24,394 nt of DNA from Alphaproteobacteria bacterium. Lineage in GTDB: Bacteria; Pseudomonadota; Alphaproteobacteria; CAAHEQ01; UBA3637. The stretch lies in NCBI GenBank assembly GCA_045605805.1, contig JAZUQR010000020.1, positions 1-24,394 of the forward strand, read 5' to 3'. This document shows, piece after piece, positions 18,907 to 24,394 of this stretch (position 1 is its first letter; each line of letters opens with the position of its first letter). A program made the translations under genes and the position numbers. A model generated the notes under the pieces. It had not been told where the DNA came from. It was given only the letters and a program-made list of their open reading frames with translations, and made no database searches.

Positions 18907-19881
18907 TTACTTTATTTTTTTAATAACTTTTTGCATTAAAGTGGAAAAAGGATAGTGTGAAAAATCATCAAACGCAACCCATACAGCATTATCTGGCCAT
19001 GCCGGTGGCTCAGAAAACACAACTTGTAAAGTCAATTTGAAGTGCGTAAAAACATGGGTAATGGTTGGATGCTTGCCTGACAAAAGAGGGGACTCCTGCC
19101 ATGGAAACTCCCATAACCCATGAAGCAACCCCTTTTCACTGCGTTGCCGAATCAAGTAAGCCCCTTTGTTATTTTGTACCACATAAACTTGCCCAGTGAC
19201 AATTTTTTTCTCTAATTTTTTAATCTTCGGGATAGATTCTTGAATCCCTTTTTCCTTGGCGACACAGGTATCAGCCCAAGGACACAACTCACATCTGGGC
19301 CGAGCAGGCGTGCAAACAGTTGCCCCTAAATCCATAATCGCACTGGCATAATCCGCCCCTTCCTCTTGACTGGTCAGCTGTACCGCCAACGGATAAATCT
19401 CTTTGGCCGAAACCTCGTCTGTAATACCATACAACCGAGAAATCACCCGTATGACATTGCCATCAACAACCGTTTCAGGCATATTAAAAGCAAAACAGCA
19501 AATGCTGGATGCAGAATAGGGGCCAATTCCAGGTAATTTAAGTAAAGCCTCTCGGTCCGCAGGTAATTGTCCACCATATTTTTCCATCAAAACTTTGGCG
19601 CATTCGTGAATCTTTCTGGCCCGAGTGTAATAGCCTAATCCTTGCCACATCAACAAAACATCCCCCAAATCGGCCATAGCCAAATCCGCCACCGTTGGAA
19701 AACGCTTCATCCACCTGTCAAAATAATCAATCACCGTGGCAACAGTTGTTTGTTGAAGCATAATCTCACTTATCCAAACGGCATACGCATCAAAATGAGC
19801 CCCGCCTTTAACACGCCAAGGTAAATCACGCCCGTTTTTTTTATACCAAGCCAATAACTCAGCCGTCAGATTCTGTGCCAT
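18907..19881 (-). CDS. mutY: A/G-specific adenine glycosylase MutY
   Basis: RDLPWR, WISEIMLQQT, WQGLGYYTRAR, HhH LPGIGPYSA, VDGNVIRV, [4Fe-4S] motif C-x6-C-x2-C-x5-C, C-terminal GLWEFP and HVFTHF. Start set at ATG 19881, overlapping the upstream gene by 23 nt. Confidence 0.97.
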   Translation of the reverse strand: MAQNLTAELLAWYKKNGRDLPWRVKGGAHFDAYAVWISEIMLQQTTVATVIDYFDRWMKRFPTVADLAMADLGDVLLMWQGLGYYTRARKIHECAKVLMEKYGGQLPADREALLKLPGIGPYSASSICCFAFNMPETVVDGNVIRVISRLYGITDEVSAKEIYPLAVQLTSQEEGADYASAIMDLGATVCTPARPRCELCPWADTCVAKEKGIQESIPKIKKLEKKIVTGQVYVVQNNKGAYLIRQRSEKGLLHGLWEFPWQESPLLSGKHPTITHVFTHFKLTLQVVFSEPPAWPDNAVWVAFDDFSHYPFSTLMQKVIKKIK

Positions 19882-21784
19882 CTTGTGGTGTTTCTTCCAA
19901 AGGTTCAATAGAGTTGTCTTCTGCCAATTCTTGTGGCGGTTTAATATCCGGAACAGGATCTTCCTCTTGTTCAGTTTCGGCCGCAGCCTGAGCAATCATT
20001 TCTTTTTCAGGCGATTGTGCCACTTCTGGCACAACTTCTTTTGTGCCGGCTTTGGCATATACCCGCAATTTGCGCCCAGAATTGTCCACATTTAAGAAGA
20101 CTTCTTGCCCCTGATGAATGCGGTCTTGCATCACCAATAAAGACAGAGGATTTTCCACTTGTTCTTGAATTAAACGCTTCAAGGCACGCACACCAAACTT
20201 GCTTGTAAAAACCTCATCTACAAACCATTTCTTTGCCGAATCATGAACCACAACCGTATAACCAGCATTTTTAGCCCGTTTCAACAGCTTGTTCAGATGA
20301 ATTTCTACAACCTTTAACAAATCTTCTTCGGTCAGTTGGTGGAAAGAAACAATATCATCAAAACGATTCAAAAACTCTGGTCTGAAATAATCTGTCAGCT
20401 TTTCCACCCGTTGATAACTTGGCAGATTTGCCCCCACATTAGAGGTGCAAATGATAATCGTATTTCTGAAATCAATAGTCGTTCCTTTGCTGTCTGTTAA
20501 ACGCCCTTCATCCAACAGTTGAAGCATCAAGTTCAAAATATCCAAATGCGCTTTTTCAATTTCGTCAAATAACACAACCTGAAACGGTTTTAACCGCACA
20601 GACTCAGTCAATAATCCGCCTGCCTCAAACCCCGGAGAACCAGGGGGAGGGCCAATCATCCGAGCCACAGAAGACCTTTCCATATACTCGGACATATCTA
20701 AGCGCAACAAAGCCGTTTCATCATTAAACATAAAGTCGGCCAACGATTTGGCCAATTCGGTTTTACCCACACCAGTTGTACCAATAAATAAGAACGAGCC
20801 AATCGGGCGATTCGGATCTTGCATCCCCGACCGAGAGCGGCGAATGGCATCTGCCACCACTTTAACAGCAGCATCTTGCCCCACAACCCGCTTGCGTAAA
20901 GTATCTTCCGCCCGAGCCATCCTTGCCTTGTCTTCGGCATCCACCTTGTCCACGGGAATCCCAGTCCAATCAGAAATGGTCCGATTGCAAAAAGTGGGTG
21001 TTAAAATGTTTGCCGAAGAATCAACTTCACCCCGAGCAATATCCATCATCAATAAGCTGGCGGAATCATCCAACAAATCCAATGCCTTTTCGGGAAAATA
21101 GCGTTGCTTGACATAGCGAGCCGTCAGTTGACAAGCAATCTTCACCGTTTCGGCCGGAATCTGAATATCATAGTGTTGTTCATACTTTCCTTTTCTGGCT
21201 TGCACAATCTCAATCGTTTCATCCAAAGAAGGTTCTTCCAACAATAAAGGCTGTAAACACCCCATAACAGCGGTATCTTTTTCAACTGTTGTCACATAAG
21301 TTTGTTTGTCTGTTTCCAAAATACAGTTGATTTTACCAGAAATCAAAGCCAATTTCAAAAATTTTGCAGCATCTTTGTTTTCAGGCGAGGTATCCATATA
21401 AACCAAAAAGCTCATGTCTTTCAAATACAAAACCTTTTGGCCTTGGCTGTCAATAATGGATTGAAAAACTTGTTTGATTAAAGAGGAATAATCGCTGTCA
21501 TTTTGGGCATCCAGCATCAAAGCCCCCACATTCAGGCCAACAACCTCACGATTTTGCATATAATCAGGTGCATTTTCACTGGCCATAAAGGAAATAAGCC
21601 CTTCAATCAAAGCAGATTTACCAATGCCAGCCGGCCCAACTACAACAGGATTATTTTTATTCTCCCGCAACAAAACATGAATCAGGCGTTCCAATTCCTT
21701 ATCTCGTCCAATCAAAATGGGCAATTTTCCTTCTTTGGAGAAATCAGTGTAATTGATTAAATACTTATTCGCATCAAAAGCCAT
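19859..21784 (-). CDS. ClpB-derived two-ring AAA+ protein with no N-domain or middle domain and a degenerate first ATPase domain
   Basis: D1: IGRDKE, KNNPVVVGPAGIGKS. D2: RRSRSGMQDPNRPIGSFLFIGTTGVGKTELAK, DMSEYME, FDEIEKAH, FRPEFLNR. 641 aa, RBS AAAGGA. Confidence 0.9.
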   Translation of the reverse strand: MAFDANKYLINYTDFSKEGKLPILIGRDKELERLIHVLLRENKNNPVVVGPAGIGKSALIEGLISFMASENAPDYMQNREVVGLNVGALMLDAQNDSDYSSLIKQVFQSIIDSQGQKVLYLKDMSFLVYMDTSPENKDAAKFLKLALISGKINCILETDKQTYVTTVEKDTAVMGCLQPLLLEEPSLDETIEIVQARKGKYEQHYDIQIPAETVKIACQLTARYVKQRYFPEKALDLLDDSASLLMMDIARGEVDSSANILTPTFCNRTISDWTGIPVDKVDAEDKARMARAEDTLRKRVVGQDAAVKVVADAIRRSRSGMQDPNRPIGSFLFIGTTGVGKTELAKSLADFMFNDETALLRLDMSEYMERSSVARMIGPPPGSPGFEAGGLLTESVRLKPFQVVLFDEIEKAHLDILNLMLQLLDEGRLTDSKGTTIDFRNTIIICTSNVGANLPSYQRVEKLTDYFRPEFLNRFDDIVSFHQLTEEDLLKVVEIHLNKLLKRAKNAGYTVVVHDSAKKWFVDEVFTSKFGVRALKRLIQEQVENPLSLLVMQDRIHQGQEVFLNVDNSGRKLRVYAKAGTKEVVPEVAQSPEKEMIAQAAAETEQEEDPVPDIKPPQELAEDNSIEPLEETPQDGTESDG

Positions 21785-21798
21785 TTTCTAAATCCTTT

Positions 21799-22737
21799 CT
21801 AAAATCCAAAAGTATTGCGTGGTGAGCGTTCATCTTCGGCATCTGCTGCAGCAAAATAATCTTCATTTGACAATTTGACATCCTCTAAAATTAAGGTGCC
21901 ATCATAGGAAGAACCCGTCATACTTGCTTTCATGTATCCTTTTGCCGGATCGCCCCAAACATATTCTTCCCCATCATCCGGATAGCCGTATTTGTCAAAC
22001 ACAGCATTCCAAAACTCTGTTTGACGCAACCTTTTTTTTATCATGTTGACTCGGCTAGAATTAAGAGAAGTGTCGCCTTTGTTCAGATAAACAATTTTAT
22101 AAAGTACATTGTCCGTGGCATTGGAAGTAAAGTAAAGATGTATCGTTTCATTCTTGCGAGTTAAAACGGCTTCGCCAATATATCGTGTATTTTCCTGACA
22201 AGCCAAATCCTTGATACATTTTGCAAGATTGTCTGGTGTCACAACACCCATTTTTTGACATTGATAGTGATAGGTGGTGCTGTAAAACATGGGTACACGC
22301 TCTTGGGTTAAAGTTGTGCGAAAGCCCCTTTGTAAGGCTTGTTTTAAGATAACAGAAGCCGATTCGCCCAAATTAAAACCGGCAATTTCAAAATCAGACA
22401 CATCTCGCAACGGAGCTTCGGGTGACTTTGGCGAGATAGCAGTTTCAATCGGTGCAGGGGTTGTTCCAGACAAATCTATGTGCGTAGACGGTATCTGAGG
22501 CATAGGCTGCGAGGCTTCAGGGGGAGGAGGTAAGGAAGGCGCTTCATTGCTTAAATTGATGCGCAAATTCGGTGCCGGTGGGGGCGTGACACGAATGCTT
22601 TCCAAGGGTTCAGCAGACCGCCCCAACAAAGGCTCTTCTTCCTCTTCTTCAAAAAATAAAGAAACATCCAAATCGTCTTGTGCATAGGCAAAACCCGCAT
22701 AAAATAAAAAACTGCCCAATAAAAGTTGTTTTAACAT
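21799..22737 (-). CDS. Hypothetical exported protein
   Basis: Signal-peptide-like MLKQLLLGSFLFYAGFAYA|QD, acidic and Pro-rich N-terminal region, then a globular-looking domain with three Cys. Alternative start at 22752. Ends 14 nt before the Clp-like gene. Confidence 0.8.
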   Translation of the reverse strand: MLKQLLLGSFLFYAGFAYAQDDLDVSLFFEEEEEEPLLGRSAEPLESIRVTPPPAPNLRINLSNEAPSLPPPPEASQPMPQIPSTHIDLSGTTPAPIETAISPKSPEAPLRDVSDFEIAGFNLGESASVILKQALQRGFRTTLTQERVPMFYSTTYHYQCQKMGVVTPDNLAKCIKDLACQENTRYIGEAVLTRKNETIHLYFTSNATDNVLYKIVYLNKGDTSLNSSRVNMIKKRLRQTEFWNAVFDKYGYPDDGEEYVWGDPAKGYMKASMTGSSYDGTLILEDVKLSNEDYFAAADAEDERSPRNTFGF

Positions 22738-22760
22738 TTTCCCCTTTTTCATTTTTTTTC

Positions 22761-22789
22761 TTGACCTTGTCAACATTTCATTATACATT
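22761..22789. promoter_or_regulatory. Overlapping divergent promoter region
   Basis: Plus strand TTGACC (22761-22766)-N17-TACATT (22784-22789) toward mlaA; minus strand TATAAT at 22785-22780 toward the hypothetical-clp-mutY operon; palindrome TTGAC-ctt-GTCAA at 22761-22773. Confidence 0.5.
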
Positions 22790-22842
22790 AGCATATAACA
22801 AAAATAGTTTTAACGAAAAACTTTAAGAAAAGCAAGTGAAAA

Positions 22843-23625
22843 ATGGTAAAAAAGAAGTGGATTATATTTTTTTGTTGTGTATGGATGTTTGCCGGATGTG
22901 CCACAAAGCCAACTGATCCGGAAGAATTGAAGTTGTATTACGAAACAAACGACCCATTAGAACCGATGAACAGAGGGATACATGCGTTTAATCAAACGGC
23001 AGACAAATATGTGTTGGCGCCTGTTGCAAAAGGCTATCGGGCAACAGTGCCTCAGTTCCATCGTGATTCGGTGAGCAATTTTTTCAATAACATGAAACAG
23101 CCTGTTTTTTTTGTCAATGCTCTGTTGCAAGGGCAGGGGAAGGATATGGCGGCCATCTTGGGACGCTTTGTCATAAATACAACATTCGGTTTTTTTGGCT
23201 TGTTTGATGTGGCCAGTGAGGCAGGTATCCGTAATCCCGAAAACGATTTTGGGCAAACGCTTGCCAAATGGGGCTGGCAAGGCGATGGCGGCCCATTTTT
23301 GATGCTGCCTGTTTTGGGGCCGTCCAGCGTGCGTGATACAATCGGTTCTGGTGTGGATGCTATGGCCCAACCATTGGGATGGGCTCTGTGGGATGAAACA
23401 GCGCTCAGTTATGGCGTGGCAGGCCTCAGCGGTGTTGATCAATACGAAGGAGCTTTGAATTTGATGGAGGATATGAAACGGATGTCAACGGATTATTACG
23501 CCACTATGCGCACGATGTATCGTCAAAATCGCCACAAGAAAATAAAATCTGTGTTAAATCAAAACGAAACCAAAGAAAAACCCAATTATGAAGTGGATTT
23601 TTCGGATATAGAATGGGAGGATTAA
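22843..23625 (+). CDS. mlaA: VacJ/MlaA family lipoprotein
   Basis: Lipobox FAG|C, NDPLEPMNR, RFVINTTFGFFGLFDVA, DFGQTLAKWG and GPFLMLPVLGPSSVRD. Confidence 0.95.
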   Translation: MVKKKWIIFFCCVWMFAGCATKPTDPEELKLYYETNDPLEPMNRGIHAFNQTADKYVLAPVAKGYRATVPQFHRDSVSNFFNNMKQPVFFVNALLQGQGKDMAAILGRFVINTTFGFFGLFDVASEAGIRNPENDFGQTLAKWGWQGDGGPFLMLPVLGPSSVRDTIGSGVDAMAQPLGWALWDETALSYGVAGLSGVDQYEGALNLMEDMKRMSTDYYATMRTMYRQNRHKKIKSVLNQNETKEKPNYEVDFSDIEWED

Positions 23626-23626
23626 A

Positions 23627-24226
23627 ATGAAAAAAATAATAACTTTATGCGCAATCTTATTCACATCATTGGCGGTGTATGCGGCTAATCCAGCCGTAGA
23701 TTTTATTGATAAATTGGCCGATAAAATCTTGCAGGATGTTGTGTCAGCAGACAAAACGCAAACGGAAAAAGAAACGCTTTTTCGCCAAGCGTTTGTGGAA
23801 GCGGTTGATTTGAAAAGCGTTGGCCAATTCGTGCTGGGAACAGCTTGGAAAAAGGCAACCGAAGAAGAAAAGAATAATTTTTTGAATGCGTTTACCGATT
23901 TAACTGTAAAAACATGGGGAGAGAGGTTTGATTTGTACACAGGTCAGGAAATAATCTTTGAAGGAAGCCGAAATGCAGAACGCAAACAAATCTATGTGGA
24001 CAGTGTGATTCAAGATAAAGAACCGGTAGAGGTGATTTGGCGTTTAAGGCCGTATCAAGATACATATAAAATCGTGGATATTATCGTAGAAGGGGTCAGT
24101 ATGGTATCCACATACCGAAACGATTATCGTTCCTTCTTGCAACAAAATGGCAACAGTGTGTCGGTATTGACTCAGGAACTGATTCGTAAAAGCGAAGCCT
24201 TTTCAAAAAAAGATAAAAATGGTTGA
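23627..24226 (+). CDS. mlaC: MlaC/Ttg2D family periplasmic phospholipid-binding protein
   Basis: Signal peptide, GQFVLGTAWKKAT and YKIVDIIVEGVSMVSTYRNDY; 1 nt after mlaA. Confidence 0.93.
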   Translation: MKKIITLCAILFTSLAVYAANPAVDFIDKLADKILQDVVSADKTQTEKETLFRQAFVEAVDLKSVGQFVLGTAWKKATEEEKNNFLNAFTDLTVKTWGERFDLYTGQEIIFEGSRNAERKQIYVDSVIQDKEPVEVIWRLRPYQDTYKIVDIIVEGVSMVSTYRNDYRSFLQQNGNSVSVLTQELIRKSEAFSKKDKNG

Positions 24227-24250
24227 CAAAAAACAAAACTGTGATACAAT
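24223..24250 (+). promoter_or_regulatory. Sigma70 promoter with extended -10
   Basis: TTGACA (24223-24228, overlapping the mlaC stop), 16-nt spacer, TGn-TACAAT (24242-24250). Confidence 0.75.
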
Positions 24251-24286
24251 TTAACTATCAAAAACAATTTTGAGTAAGGAGGAAAT

Positions 24287-24394
24287 ATGGCAAGTGGATA
24301 CACAACACGGAAAGCATTAGCTGCAACAGCATCACGCCCAGCTGCAACAGCGTCACGCCCAGCTGCAACAGCGTCACCTGCACCAGCTGCAACA
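24287..24394 (+). CDS. Partial ORF (runs off the window), Ala/Thr/Ser/Pro-rich repeat N-terminus
   Basis: SD TAAGGAGG (24275-24282) and ATG 24287; reads MASGYTTRKALAATASRPAATASRPAATASPAPAAT with no stop. Not in the supplied ORF track. Confidence 0.75.
   Translation, partial: MASGYTTRKALAATASRPAATASRPAATASPAPAAT
24319..24394 (+). repeat. In-frame 21/24-bp tandem repeat
   Basis: AGCTGCAACAGCATCACGCCC (24319), AGCTGCAACAGCGTCACGCCC (24340), AGCTGCAACAGCGTCACCTGCACC (24361), AGCTGCAACA (24385, truncated). Confidence 0.9.

Noticed and set aside
7998-19995. N-terminal extensions in the ORF track for rplV (7998), rplN (10024), rplF (12036), rpoA (17025) and mutY (19995)
   Set aside because: They overlap upstream genes; downstream ATGs match the family N-termini and, for the four plus-strand genes, have clear RBSs.
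22788-22813. TTAGCA...TAA resembling a CIRCE (HrcA) operator upstream of a Clp-like gene
   Set aside because: Each arm matches only 6 of 9 positions of TTAGCACTC-N9-GAGTGCTAA and the spacer would be 8 rather than 9 nt.
24319-24394. Direct repeats as a possible CRISPR array
   Set aside because: Units are contiguous with no unique spacers, are multiples of 3 and lie in frame in an ORF with an SD; no cas genes are present.

Overview
A housekeeping core with unusual flanks. Positions 2017-18782 hold the fused str-S10-spc-alpha ribosomal protein cluster (rpsL to rplQ, with fusA, secY, adk and rpoA), driven by two perfect TTGACA-N17-TATAAT promoters. Gene order (adk-rpsM-rpsK-rpoA-rplQ, with no rpsD, rpmJ, infA or map) and protein motifs point to an alphaproteobacterium, probably an uncultured host-associated lineage (inference). 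tuf is missing after fusA and rpmD (L30) is missing after rpsE. Several 50S proteins are altered in normally conserved loops near the peptidyl-transferase centre and exit tunnel (L2, L3, L22, L4). The left flank is a stand-alone type IV pilin-like gene with an atypical G|RSMVE processing site and six 4-Cys repeats. It is preceded by a G10 tract and a terminator-like leader, suggesting phase variation or attenuation. The right flank has a minus-strand operon (unknown exported protein, a stripped-down ClpB-derived AAA+ protein, mutY) divergent from mlaA-mlaC, then the truncated start of a tandem-repeat ORF with strong expression signals. The best candidates for new biology are the ClpB-derived protein (no N-domain, no M-domain, dead-looking first ring, altered pore loops) and the pilin-like Cys-repeat locus with its leader. 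All calls come from reading the sequence and recalled family consensus; no searches were run.
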